From: an uncultured Actinomycetes bacterium
GTDB taxonomy: Bacteria > Actinomycetota > Actinomycetes > S36-B12 > UBA5976
Length of the DNA stretch: 45,843 nucleotides
NCBI GenBank assembly: GCA_903951185.1
Contig: CAJBBC010000101.1
Coordinates: forward strand, 1 to 45,843
Direction of reading: 5' to 3'
Shown here: piece by piece, positions 1 through 8,562 of the stretch
How the letters are laid out: the number at the start of each line of letters is the position of its first letter
Position numbering within the stretch: position 1 is the stretch's first letter
Made by a program: the position numbers and the translations under genes
Notes under the pieces: generated by a model
What the model saw: the letters and a program-made list of their open reading frames with translations, nothing else
What the model was told of the DNA's origin: nothing
Databases searched by the model: none

Positions 1-11
1 CCAGCTAACCG

Positions 12-530
12 CTAGAAACCCCAGATGATAGAAGTGGCTCGCCATTTTCCATCTAATCCTTCTAAGCGCATTGCCATAGCAAATGATCGATTTGTTGACC
101 CAAAGACAGCACTAACTTCAGCAACTCCATCGTCGGTTTCGTGAACATTAATACTGCGCACTGAAAATTTTGGAAATCCTTTGCGCTGTATTTGTGACTG
201 CAAAGCTGACATTACTTCTGGGGTCACCCAGCGCAATAGCTGAGAGATCGGGCGTACTCCATTCACAACTTCGATTAGAGCCTGGACTAAGCGCATTGAC
301 CATTGTGAAACTGCTGGCAAATCATTTCGACCAGTTGGGCGAACTGTGAAATCAGTTGGCTTTAATTCGGTAACTCTTGGTGAGAGGTAGTTAGTATTCG
401 GTTTTGCCGGCCATTCAAATGGCAGCGCTTCTTGTAACCCATACTTTGTTCGCGTTGGTAACGCGATGACATTAGCGGTTGGCTGTTGATTTCCTGATGG
501 CACTGGAAGTGCATAAACAATTGCATTCAT
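12..530 (-). CDS. Rv3235-family (DUF6459-like) conserved actinobacterial protein
   Basis: 172-aa ORF. Segments RLVQALIEVVNGVRPISQLLRWVTPEV and AEVSAVFGSTNRSFAMAMRLEGLDGKWRATSI match the signature I recall for the Rv3235 family. A GGGGGA run lies just upstream of the ATG at 530. Confidence 0.6.
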   Translation of the reverse strand: MNAIVYALPVPSGNQQPTANVIALPTRTKYGLQEALPFEWPAKPNTNYLSPRVTELKPTDFTVRPTGRNDLPAVSQWSMRLVQALIEVVNGVRPISQLLRWVTPEVMSALQSQIQRKGFPKFSVRSINVHETDDGVAEVSAVFGSTNRSFAMAMRLEGLDGKWRATSIIWGF

Positions 531-674
531 TTTTCCCCCGAGCTGTCGTTGTAATTCCAGTTTGTTATTGCAACTTGTACTGCTGTAGGGCAGTTCTATT
601 CCAGCGAATTATCCAGGTCAATAGGTCTTACTTTTTCTTTACTTTTCTGTGGATAACTTAAGCAACTAGATTTC

Positions 675-1274
675 GTGGAGGTTCAAGATTTGGTAATGAA
701 AAACGAAAATACCCAAATCACTGCGCTAGATGTTCTAGATCAAGTTGAAGTGATTTTGCAGGATGTTGCAGAGTTAGTTGAAACTGAGAACCGAGTCGAC
801 GAAACTCTTGAGCTCACTGAAAGTATTCGGTTAGAACAAGAGTCAATTAATTTAATTGATCGAATAAGGAACACCGCAGGTGAAATAACAATTTCGCTAA
901 ATTGCCCAAGTTACCCTTTGTTAACCGGCCTTGTTCGCTTTAGTTCGCCAGAGTATTTAGTCTTGCGTGGCAATAACTCGGACTACTTTATAAATCTGGC
1001 GCAGATAGTTATGTTGAAATCTGTAGACGAGCGGGCTATTTTCAAATTAACGCAACTTGAATTCGATACCACCAAAATGTGGTTAAAGAATTTACTTGAT
1101 GAGTCGCAATACGTGACAGTTATTCTCGCCGATGGAAGCCAGCACGATGGGGTAGTAACTCGCTTAAATCACGATCATATTGATCTAGTGAATTACAACT
1201 GCGCGAATTCCAAAACCAGCCTTTTAATCCCACTTAATTCAATTACGTTAATTCGGAAATCAAATGAAAACTAA
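675..1274 (+). CDS. hypothetical protein (acidic N-terminus plus two similar beta-rich modules)
   Basis: 199-aa ORF starting at GTG 675 or ATG 696. It overlaps the next gene by 11 nt, which implies an operon. No family recognised. Confidence 0.5.
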   Translation: MEVQDLVMKNENTQITALDVLDQVEVILQDVAELVETENRVDETLELTESIRLEQESINLIDRIRNTAGEITISLNCPSYPLLTGLVRFSSPEYLVLRGNNSDYFINLAQIVMLKSVDERAIFKLTQLEFDTTKMWLKNLLDESQYVTVILADGSQHDGVVTRLNHDHIDLVNYNCANSKTSLLIPLNSITLIRKSNEN

Positions 1275-1896
1275 TTTGAAATTTAGATCTGCTAGAACAC
1301 CAAGATCAGTTAAAGATTTACGGCTCTGGTTTGGTATTTTGCTGATGGGGTTTTCAGTTTTACTCACTCAATCCGTTATTTCAAAAGCTAATGCACGCAC
1401 TGAAGTCCTAGTTTTAGTTAAAGACATTCCAGCTGGCAGCCCAGTTACGCGTAATGATCTGCAAATCGAAAATGTAGTCCTACCGGCAATTACGCAACCA
1501 TTTGATGTGACAACCGAAATACTTGGCTTTACAGCGACTAGAGATTTATTTACTGGTGAAGTTTTGATAACCAATTCAGTAACAGCAATTGGCACACCAA
1601 GCTTGCGTTTAGTTAGTGTGCCAATTAAAGCTGGCCATTTACCAATTTTAGAATCAGGGCAACTAGTTGATATTTGGGTGACACCCAGTATGGATGGCAT
1701 GGCTCTACCGGGACCAGCTCAATTAGTAATCGGCCAAGCAACTATTAGCGACATCCCAACCGAAATTGATCCAACTTTGGATACAGCTGTCACTTTGTTA
1801 ATTGCCAGATCTGAAGTCCAAGTATTAGTTCAAGCTATTCGTGATGGCGTCATAGATTTAGTGGCTTTACCGAATAATCGGCGTAGCGACCAATGA
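1264..1896 (+). CDS. SAF-domain membrane-anchored protein (CpaB/RcpC-like)
   Basis: N-terminal TM helix (WFGILLMGFSVLLTQSVI) followed by an SAF-type motif (VLVLVKDIPAGSPVTRNDLQIENV). It overlaps both neighbours (ATGA at 1893). Confidence 0.7.
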   Translation: MKTNLKFRSARTPRSVKDLRLWFGILLMGFSVLLTQSVISKANARTEVLVLVKDIPAGSPVTRNDLQIENVVLPAITQPFDVTTEILGFTATRDLFTGEVLITNSVTAIGTPSLRLVSVPIKAGHLPILESGQLVDIWVTPSMDGMALPGPAQLVIGQATISDIPTEIDPTLDTAVTLLIARSEVQVLVQAIRDGVIDLVALPNNRRSDQ

Positions 1897-3116
1897 TCAA
1901 CGTGATTGCTGCAATTGGCAAAACTGAATGGGAACCTCAGTTTGTTAGTGCACTGGCACACCCAATGACCGGTATCCAAGTTCAGCGTCGCTGTGTTGAT
2001 GCACTCGATGTACTTGCGGTAGTCAAAGTCTTGGCCTGTGAGGCAGTTATTATCTCTGACCACACTCTGCGTGTTACCGCAGAATTTATCGCTGAAATTA
2101 ACCGGCAAGGTATTCGGCTAATTGCTTTAACTAGTAATCCAGAGAACTTTAGCGATCTAGGTCAGGTTGAGTGCTTAACCATTGAGGAAAGTAATCCTTT
2201 AGCCGCAATTTCAATGTTGGCTGCGTTAGTGCGCGTTGACAAAGTTATTCCGATTTTAAAGAGCGAATCAATCGGTGAACTTATTTTGGTCTGTGGTTTT
2301 GGTGGTGGAACTGGAAAAACTAGAACTGCAATGGAAGTCGCAGCGTATTTAGCAAAACTAGGAAAATCTACGCTACTGGTTGACGGTGATACCTACGGTC
2401 CAGCTTTACTACAGATGTTTGGCCTACCTATTAATACACCTGGACTATTAGAAGTTTGTCGGAAAATTGAACGCAAAGCTGCAGCCGAGAATTTAATCCG
2501 TGAATCAAGTTTAGAAATATGCCAAAACTTAAATCTCATTTCAGGGCTAACTAAGAGTTCACGTTGGTTGGATTTACGTCTTTCTGCATTACAAGTATTT
2601 TGGGAACTTGCACTTAGTGAATTTGAATTTGTTGTAGTTGATGGTGGCCCAGTACTTGAAGCTGAAGCTATGGCCAATTTGGAAACCGGTTTGCCACGTC
2701 GAAATTTAGTTTCGCAAAGCGCACTGTCAGCATCTCACACAGTGCTAATTACTACTCGCCGTGATGAATCTAGTATTACTCGTTTAATAAAGGGGGTAAC
2801 TGAATTTCAAGCGCACTTTGCCAGAAAACAACTTTCCGTTGTTGCCTTAGGGCCAATTAATCCACGTAATCGAAAAGAAGTTATTTCAGCAGTTCAAATA
2901 CATGCGGGAATCTCAGATGTTAATGTCATCGACTTTGATTATGAACTAATCAACCAAGTTGAATATCAGCGAAGTTTTGTAATCCACCGAAAAGAAAGTC
3001 AGTTGCAGAAGCAATATATTTCAGTAACTTGTGCTCTACTGGAACCAACTGATTTAGCCGTTAGTACCGATCGATTAAAGAAATTAATCCATCACCAAAA
3101 AGTTAAAGCTCGCTAA
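1893..3116 (+). CDS. CpaE/TadZ-like MinD/ParA-family ATPase (Ssd/Rv3660c-like)
   Basis: 407 aa. Receiver-like N-terminal domain, then the P-loop LILVCGFGGGTGKTRTAMEVAAYLAKLGKSTLLVDGD. The overall MinD/ParA layout resembles the actinobacterial CpaE-like family. Confidence 0.75.
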   Translation: MINVIAAIGKTEWEPQFVSALAHPMTGIQVQRRCVDALDVLAVVKVLACEAVIISDHTLRVTAEFIAEINRQGIRLIALTSNPENFSDLGQVECLTIEESNPLAAISMLAALVRVDKVIPILKSESIGELILVCGFGGGTGKTRTAMEVAAYLAKLGKSTLLVDGDTYGPALLQMFGLPINTPGLLEVCRKIERKAAAENLIRESSLEICQNLNLISGLTKSSRWLDLRLSALQVFWELALSEFEFVVVDGGPVLEAEAMANLETGLPRRNLVSQSALSASHTVLITTRRDESSITRLIKGVTEFQAHFARKQLSVVALGPINPRNRKEVISAVQIHAGISDVNVIDFDYELINQVEYQRSFVIHRKESQLQKQYISVTCALLEPTDLAVSTDRLKKLIHHQKVKAR

Positions 3117-4349
3117 TTACTTAAGTAAATCCTGCATTCGGGAAATACCTTCAACTAAGTCATCATCACCAAGGGCATAAGACAACCGAATGTAACCCGG
3201 TGTACCAAAAGCCTCACCTGGTACAACGGCAACTTCAACTTCATCAAGAATTAAGGTCGCCAGTTCAGCTGAGGTAGTTGGTGTTTTACCGCGGAAAGTT
3301 TTACCTAATAAGTTTTTAACTGATGGATATACGTAGAACGCACCTTCAGGTTCAGGGCAGTTAATCCCTTCAATTTCGTTAAGCATTTTGGTTATCAGAA
3401 TACGACGACGATCAAAAGCAACTTTCATTTCTTCAACAGCTTTTAAATCACCAGAAACTGCAGCGAGCGCCGCAATCTGGGCAACATTGGAAACATTTGA
3501 AGTTGCATGTGATTGCAGATTGGTAGCTGCTTTAACAATGTCATTTGGACCAATCATCCAGCCCACTCGCCAACCAGTCATGGCATAAGTTTTTGCAACG
3601 CCATTAACCACAATGCACTTGTCGGCAAGTTCAGGAACTAAAACAGGCATCGAAGAAAATTCGGCATCGCCATAAACTAAGTGTTCATAGATTTCATCGG
3701 TGATAACCCAAAGTTCTTTTTCAACGGCCCATTGACCGATTGCTTCTACTTCAGCTGGTGAATAAACAGCTCCAGTTGGATTACTTGGCGAAACAAAAAC
3801 AAGTGCTTTTGTTTTTGGTGTTAAGGCTTTTTCAAGTTGAGCAATTGAAGTTCGGTAACCTGTTGACTCATCAGTCATTACTTCAACTGCTTTGCCACCA
3901 GCAAGTGCAATTGATTCAGGATATGTAGTCCAGTACGGCGCAGGTAATAAAACTTCGTCACCTGGATCAAGTAATGCTGCAAAAGCGTTATAAAGCGCTT
4001 GCTTGCCACCGTTAGTAACTAAAACTTGGCTTGGCTCTACTTTGTAACCAGAGTCGCGCAAAGTTTTTTCGGCAATCGCAGTTTTTAATTCAGGTAATCC
4101 ACCAGCTGGGGTATAACGGTGCCAACGTGGATCGCGACAAGCGGCAACTGCAGCATCAACTATGTAATCAGGAGTTGGAAAGTCAGGTTCGCCCGCACCA
4201 AAGCCAATTACTGGGCGACCGGCGGCTTTCAGTGCTTTCGCTTTAGCATCCACCGCTAGTGTGGCGGATTCAGCAATAGCTCCGATTCGGGCAGAAACTC
4301 TTGGCTTTGTCATAAGTAAAGTATTGCCGATTAATAAGGTTTTCGGCAC
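3117..4349 (-). CDS. aspC: aspartate aminotransferase (class I PLP-dependent)
   Basis: Motifs [22 protein letters not shown] and the PLP-lysine motif [15 protein letters not shown]. Its position just upstream of tRNA-Trp/secE matches Streptomyces. The start is ambiguous: GTG 4349 or ATG 4313. Confidence 0.9.
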   Translation of the reverse strand: MPKTLLIGNTLLMTKPRVSARIGAIAESATLAVDAKAKALKAAGRPVIGFGAGEPDFPTPDYIVDAAVAACRDPRWHRYTPAGGLPELKTAIAEKTLRDSGYKVEPSQVLVTNGGKQALYNAFAALLDPGDEVLLPAPYWTTYPESIALAGGKAVEVMTDESTGYRTSIAQLEKALTPKTKALVFVSPSNPTGAVYSPAEVEAIGQWAVEKELWVITDEIYEHLVYGDAEFSSMPVLVPELADKCIVVNGVAKTYAMTGWRVGWMIGPNDIVKAATNLQSHATSNVSNVAQIAALAAVSGDLKAVEEMKVAFDRRRILITKMLNEIEGINCPEPEGAFYVYPSVKNLLGKTFRGKTPTTSAELATLILDEVEVAVVPGEAFGTPGYIRLSYALGDDDLVEGISRMQDLLK

Positions 4350-4476
4350 TTCAGGGTTGACCGATAAGTGGTATTTGGCTTGGGAAAATTACCTTAGACT
4401 TGACTCACCGACACAAACTTTAACCTCCTTTAGCGCGCCCAAAAACGCAATAGAAGTTGGATGAAATTGTGCCAAA

Positions 4477-4549
4477 AGGGTCGTGGCTCAATTGGTAGAG
4501 CACCGGTCTCCAAAACCGGTGGTTGGGGGTTCAAGTCCCTCCGGCCCTG
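4477..4549 (+). tRNA. trpT: tRNA-Trp (anticodon CCA)
   Basis: A 73-nt cloverleaf folded by hand. Acceptor AGGGTCG/CGGCCCT, D-stem GCTC/GAGC, anticodon stem CCGGT/ACCGG with loop CTCCAAA, and T-arm GGGGG-TTCAAGT-CCCTC. No CCA is encoded. It sits in the classic position before secE. Confidence 0.95.
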
Positions 4550-4595
4550 CGAGCAAGAAAAACGCAAGAGTTAAGTCAGAAAAGAAAGGCAAGAC

Positions 4596-4811
4596 ATGAA
4601 CGCAGTAGCGGACGAGAAGGTTGGATTCTTCCGTCGCATCTCTTCTTTCCTACGTCAAGTAGGTTCCGAGCTGCGCAAAGTTGTTTGGCCAACGAAAGAG
4701 CAGTTAGGTACGTACACCGCAGTTGTAATTGTGTTCGTAGTTATTGTCGCTATTTTCGTTTCAATACTTGATTTAGCTTTTGCACAACTAGTACTTTTCG
4801 TTTTCGGATAA
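4596..4811 (+). CDS. secE: preprotein translocase subunit SecE
   Basis: 71 aa with one C-terminal TM helix. Motif LRKVVWPTKEQL. Sits directly upstream of nusG. Confidence 0.9.
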   Translation: MNAVADEKVGFFRRISSFLRQVGSELRKVVWPTKEQLGTYTAVVIVFVVIVAIFVSILDLAFAQLVLFVFG

Positions 4812-4827
4812 GAAGTAAGGATTAATT

Positions 4828-5778
4828 GTGACTGATCCACAGTTCATGGCAGCAGGTGCTGTTAAAGCAGATGTTGATACTGCAGACATTAATACTGCAG
4901 ATATTGAAAGTGTTGACCTGCCTATTGATAGTGAAATGACAATTGAAACAGTTGAAAATGACTGGAATGGCCAAGTTGATGTAGACATCGATGGTGAAGT
5001 AACTAGTGACATCACAGGTGACTTAGTAACAGAAAATTCTTTTGATATTTCGGAAATTGTTGAGCAGGAAATAACTGATCCGACAATTGAAGAAGTTATT
5101 CCTGAAGCTACTGCACCGCAAGCAGAAGTAGTTGCTGAAGAAGAAGATCCAATTGCTGCTTTCCGTGCTCGCCTTGAATCAAAATTTGGTGACTGGTTTG
5201 TGGTTCATTCCTACGCAGGTTTCGAAAATAGAGTTAAGCAAAACCTTGAAACACGTACAACGTCCTTAAATATGGAAGATTACATTTTTGAGATTGCCGT
5301 TCCACAAGAACAAGTAACTGAAATCAAAAATGGTGTTCGCAAAGTTGTTAAGCGAAACAAATTCCCAGGATACGTTCTTGTTCGGATGGATTTAACTGAC
5401 GAGTCATGGGGTGTAGTTCGACACACACCAGGTGTAACTGGTTTCGTTGGACAAGGACATAATCCAGCTCCACTTTCAATGGATGAAGCATTTGAAATGC
5501 TGCGCCCGTCACAAGAAAAGCCGGTTGCAACCGTTGCTTCAGCAGCTGCAGCCAAGAGTGCAAAGGGCGCCAAGTCCACACCAGGATCGCCAACACCAAA
5601 GATCGATATCGATCTAAATATTGGCGATTCAGTAACAGTTGTAGACGGACCGTTCGCAACTTTGCACGCAACGATTTCTGAGATTAACTTGGATGCACAA
5701 AAGGTCGTAGGTCTAGTAGAGATCTTCGGTCGAGAGACTCCTGTGGAACTTGGCTTCAACCAGATCCACAAGAACTAA
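4828..5778 (+). CDS. nusG: transcription termination/antitermination factor NusG with a long acidic N-terminal extension
   Basis: NGN motif [19 protein letters not shown] and KOW motif [24 protein letters not shown] start preceded by AAGGA. The extension is about 110 aa and D/E-rich, as in other actinobacteria. Confidence 0.95.
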   Translation: MTDPQFMAAGAVKADVDTADINTADIESVDLPIDSEMTIETVENDWNGQVDVDIDGEVTSDITGDLVTENSFDISEIVEQEITDPTIEEVIPEATAPQAEVVAEEEDPIAAFRARLESKFGDWFVVHSYAGFENRVKQNLETRTTSLNMEDYIFEIAVPQEQVTEIKNGVRKVVKRNKFPGYVLVRMDLTDESWGVVRHTPGVTGFVGQGHNPAPLSMDEAFEMLRPSQEKPVATVASAAAAKSAKGAKSTPGSPTPKIDIDLNIGDSVTVVDGPFATLHATISEINLDAQKVVGLVEIFGRETPVELGFNQIHKN

Positions 5779-5823
5779 TAAATAAAGTAAACGAAACACA
5801 AGAAATAAAAGGACGCAAAAGAC

Positions 5824-6252
5824 ATGGCACCAACTAAAAAGGTCGTCGGTCTGATCAAGCTACAGATTAAAGCTGGGGAAGCAAATCCTGCTCCACCAGT
5901 TGGTCCAGCACTTGGTCAGCACGGTGTAAACATCATGGATTTCTGCAAAGCGTACAACGCTGAAACAGAAGGCCAACGTGGTCAGGTAATTCCTGTTGAA
6001 ATTTCGGTCTATGAAGATCGCACTTTCACATTCGTTACTAAGACTCCTCCAGCTGCACGATTAATCCTCAAAGCCGCCGGCATTGAAAAGGGTTCTGGTG
6101 TTCCACACACCAACAAAGTTGCAAACATCACTAAGGATCAGGTGCGCGAAATCGCAACTACCAAGATGGTTGACTTGAACGCTAACGATGTAGAAGCAGC
6201 AATGAAGATTATCGAAGGTACTGCACGTTCAATGGGCGTAACAGTTTCCTAA
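5824..6252 (+). CDS. rplK: 50S ribosomal protein L11
   Basis: Sequence [41 protein letters not shown] upstream. Confidence 0.97.
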   Translation: MAPTKKVVGLIKLQIKAGEANPAPPVGPALGQHGVNIMDFCKAYNAETEGQRGQVIPVEISVYEDRTFTFVTKTPPAARLILKAAGIEKGSGVPHTNKVANITKDQVREIATTKMVDLNANDVEAAMKIIEGTARSMGVTVS

Positions 6253-6363
6253 GTAGTACTAAATAATAAATACGAAGACCAGTGGGAGAACCTGCTTCAG
6301 GTTCGCACCACGAACTCCAAGTAAGAAGTGAAAGACACTTCAAGAGAAAAAGGGAGAAAGAAA

Positions 6364-7083
6364 ATGAAGCGTGGCAAAGCTTATAGAAATACAGCAGCCA
6401 AAATTGATAAAGATGCGATGTACAGCCCACTTGCAGCAGTTCGAATTGCTAAAGCAGGCGCAACCAGCACAAAGTTCGATCAGACTGTAGACATTTCGAT
6501 GTCACTGGGTGTTGACCCACGTAAAGCAGATCAGATGGTTCGAAGCACAGTTAACTTGCCACACGGCACCGGAAAGACCGCACGCGTCCTGGTCTTTGCT
6601 GGTGGCGAAAAGGCAGAAGAAGCTCGTGCAGCAGGTGCTGACTTTGTTGGCGTCGATGAATTAATCGAAAAAGTTGCAGCCGGTTGGACTGACTTTGATG
6701 CAGTCGTAGCTACTCCAGATTTAATGGGTAAAGTCGGCAAATTGGGTAAGGTACTGGGTCCTCGTAACTTAATGCCAAACCCAAAGACCGGAACTGTAAC
6801 TCTTGATGTGGCTAAAGCAGTTGACGATATCAAGGGCGGAAAAATAGAATTCCGCGTTGATAAGCATTCAAATCTGCATTTCATAATTGGTAAAGCATCA
6901 TTCACTGAACAGCAGTTAGTTGAAAACTACGCTGCTGCATTAGATGAAGTACTTCGTGTTAAACCATCCTCATCAAAAGGCCGCTACATCAAGAAAGCTG
7001 TCCTTTCGACAACTATGGGTCCTGGTCTACAAATAGACACAAACAAGACCCGCAACTTACTTGCTGACGACGAAGACAACTAG
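6364..7083 (+). CDS. rplA: 50S ribosomal protein L1
   Basis: MKRGKAYR... begins at ATG 6364, preceded by AAGGGAGA. I judge the 12-codon upstream extension of the ORF track (GTG 6328) to be spurious. Confidence 0.93.
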   Translation: MKRGKAYRNTAAKIDKDAMYSPLAAVRIAKAGATSTKFDQTVDISMSLGVDPRKADQMVRSTVNLPHGTGKTARVLVFAGGEKAEEARAAGADFVGVDELIEKVAAGWTDFDAVVATPDLMGKVGKLGKVLGPRNLMPNPKTGTVTLDVAKAVDDIKGGKIEFRVDKHSNLHFIIGKASFTEQQLVENYAAALDEVLRVKPSSSKGRYIKKAVLSTTMGPGLQIDTNKTRNLLADDEDN

Positions 7084-7092
7084 TAGTTCTTA

Positions 7093-7134
7093 GGGGCTTT
7101 AGGGCCGGATTTGATTATCTGGCCCTAAAACCCT
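7093..7134 (+). other. long hairpin immediately after rplA
   Basis: A 13-bp stem, TTTAGGGCCGGAT (7098-7110) pairing with ATCTGGCCCTAAA (7117-7129), including one G-T pair. It can extend by GGG/CCC. No U-tract follows, so it is not a classic intrinsic terminator. Confidence 0.45.
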
Positions 7135-7139
7135 AAAGT

Positions 7140-7285
7140 TCTAACAGAACGAACCGAAGACCGCCGGTCATCACCCAAAAAGTGAGGCTAAGGCTCCAAG
7201 AACTGGAGCGCCAGCGCAGGGGAGTATTAAGAAAACACATTATGTGTTTATTTGATGCCTCGCTTGCGCGGGGCTTTTTTCTTTT
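7140..7285 (+). promoter_or_regulatory. rplJ (L10) leader with terminator/attenuator hairpin
   Basis: A 235-nt untranslated gap lies before rplJ. Hairpin GCCTCGC-TTGC-GCGGGGC (7257-7274) is followed by TTTTTTCTTTT (7275-7285), just upstream of the rplJ SD. L10 leaders acting by attenuation are known in Gram-positives and Actinobacteria. Not verified against a covariance model. Confidence 0.45.
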
Positions 7286-7318
7286 AGTCATAGTTACGAC
7301 CATTACCTAAGGAGCACC

Positions 7319-7993
7319 ATGGCACGCGCTGACAAGGCAGCTGCAGTTGCAGAGATCACGGAAGAATTCCGCGCATCAAATGCTGCAGTTCTGACCGAGT
7401 ACCGCGGTTTGACCGTGGGTCAGTTAAAGGAACTTCGCCGTTCCCTTGGCTCAGACACCACTTACGCCGTTGTTAAGAACACACTTTCAAAAATCGCTGC
7501 TAAAGATGCAGGCGTTGAAGGCTTTGATGCATTACTTCAAGGACCAACAGCGATCGCATTCATTAAGGGCGATCCAGTTGCTGCAGCAAAGGGACTAGAT
7601 ACCTTCGCTAAAGACAACCCATTCCTTGTGATCAAGGGCGGAATCATGGATGGCAACATTCTGACTGCTGATGATCTTAAGAAACTAGCCAAACTTGAAT
7701 CTCGTGAAGTACTGCTTTCCAAAGTTGCTGGCGTGGCAAACGCTGCACTTGCCAAAGCTGCATCACTTTTCCAAGCACCACTATCCAAAGCAGCACGTAC
7801 TATCGCTGCGCTTGAAGCACAGACTGCAGCTGCAACACCAGCTGCTGCTGCTCCAGTAGCGCCAGTTGTAGCCGAAGTTGCAGAAGAAGTTTCTGCTAAT
7901 GCAGAAGTTGCCGAGGCACCAGCTGAAGTAGCAGAAGAAACTCCAGTCGAAGACGCGTCCGCTGAATCGACAGAAGAAACAACCGAGGGCTAG
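7319..7993 (+). CDS. rplJ: 50S ribosomal protein L10 with an Ala/Glu-rich C-terminal extension
   Basis: Sequence [36 protein letters not shown] upstream. 224 aa, which is about 50 aa longer than typical bacterial L10. Confidence 0.95.
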   Translation: MARADKAAAVAEITEEFRASNAAVLTEYRGLTVGQLKELRRSLGSDTTYAVVKNTLSKIAAKDAGVEGFDALLQGPTAIAFIKGDPVAAAKGLDTFAKDNPFLVIKGGIMDGNILTADDLKKLAKLESREVLLSKVAGVANAALAKAASLFQAPLSKAARTIAALEAQTAAATPAAAAPVAPVVAEVAEEVSANAEVAEAPAEVAEETPVEDASAESTEETTEG

Positions 7994-8065
7994 GCCCCTC
8001 AAATCACTTACAAAGTGTGAGTGATTAAACCGGGCCTTAAAGCCCCAAACCGGAAGGACGCCGAA

Positions 8066-8452
8066 ATGGCAAAGCTAAGCACAGATCAGTTGATCGATGC
8101 ATTCAAGGAACTAACTCTGATTGAACTTTCAGAATTCGTTTCACAGTTCGAAGAAGTATTCAACGTAACAGCAGCAGCTCCAGTAGCAGTTGCAGCAGCT
8201 CCAGCAGCTGGCGGCGGCGACGCAGGTGGCGCAGCAGCTCAAGATACTTTCGATGTAATTCTTGAAGATGGCGGCGCTCAGAAGATCGCTGTTATCAAGG
8301 AAGTACGCGCACTAACTAACTTAGGTCTAAAGGAAGCTAAGGATCTAGTTGAAGGTGCACCAAAGCCAGTTCTTGAAGGTGCTAAGAAAGATGTAGCTGA
8401 AGCTGCTAAGGCACAACTAGAAGGCGCTGGCGCGAAAGTTACTCTTAAGTAA
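8066..8452 (+). CDS. rplL: 50S ribosomal protein L7/L12
   Basis: [25 protein letters not shown]..., an Ala/Gly hinge, and C-terminal [21 protein letters not shown] before ATG 8066. The upstream extension from 8021 is rejected. Confidence 0.95.
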   Translation: MAKLSTDQLIDAFKELTLIELSEFVSQFEEVFNVTAAAPVAVAAAPAAGGGDAGGAAAQDTFDVILEDGGAQKIAVIKEVRALTNLGLKEAKDLVEGAPKPVLEGAKKDVAEAAKAQLEGAGAKVTLK

Positions 8453-8468
8453 TTTTTCGTTAGTTCTT

Positions 8469-8507
8469 AAAAGAGGCGGTTCCAATTGGAATCGCCTCTT
8501 TTATTTC
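8469..8507 (+). terminator. intrinsic terminator after rplL
   Basis: AAAAGAGGCG...CGCCTCTTTT stem followed by a T-rich tail (TTTTATTT). Confidence 0.8.
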
Positions 8508-8562
8508 ATCTGTTGCTAAGCCTTTGCAACTTTTGTTACCGATAAGTTCGTAGAGTTAGACA

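Noticed and set aside
479-661. 60-aa + strand ORF spanning the start of the Rv3235-like gene and the intergenic region
   Set aside because: It overlaps a better-supported gene in antisense. Its composition is Cys/Phe-rich and low-complexity, and it has no SD.
4350-4595. tRNA-Trp as an integration hotspot or genomic-island border
   Set aside because: There is no integrase or recombinase and no duplicated tRNA 3' segment. The flanking genes (aspC, secE) are in the conserved ancestral order.
4523-4771. 82-aa ORF overlapping tRNA-Trp and secE in another frame
   Set aside because: It starts inside the tRNA gene and overlaps the recognisable secE frame. Its Arg/Ser-rich composition is typical of an off-frame translation.
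5280-5771. Long antisense ORFs inside well-supported genes. Examples: 1368-1700, 5280-5771, 5348-5671, 6531-6905, 8556-8960, 15911-16249, 16928-17227, 18058-18444, 27076-27504, 36113-36550, 39439-39855
   Set aside because: Each lies fully within a gene that has clear family motifs on the other strand or frame. They show the Ser/Arg/Pro/Cys-rich composition of shadow ORFs.
6328-6363. N-terminal extensions offered by the ORF track for rplA (6328), rplL (8021), adnB (37127), DUF3117 (15363) and DUF3107 (24367)
   Set aside because: In each case an internal ATG preceded by a good SD, or by a stop-start overlap, gives the family-typical N-terminus. The extensions are non-conserved sequence.
6253-6363. 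rplK-rplA spacer as an L1-binding autoregulatory mimic
   Set aside because: Some GGGAGA-containing sequence is present, but I could not fold a convincing mimic of the 23S L1-stalk by eye. I have no basis for a call.
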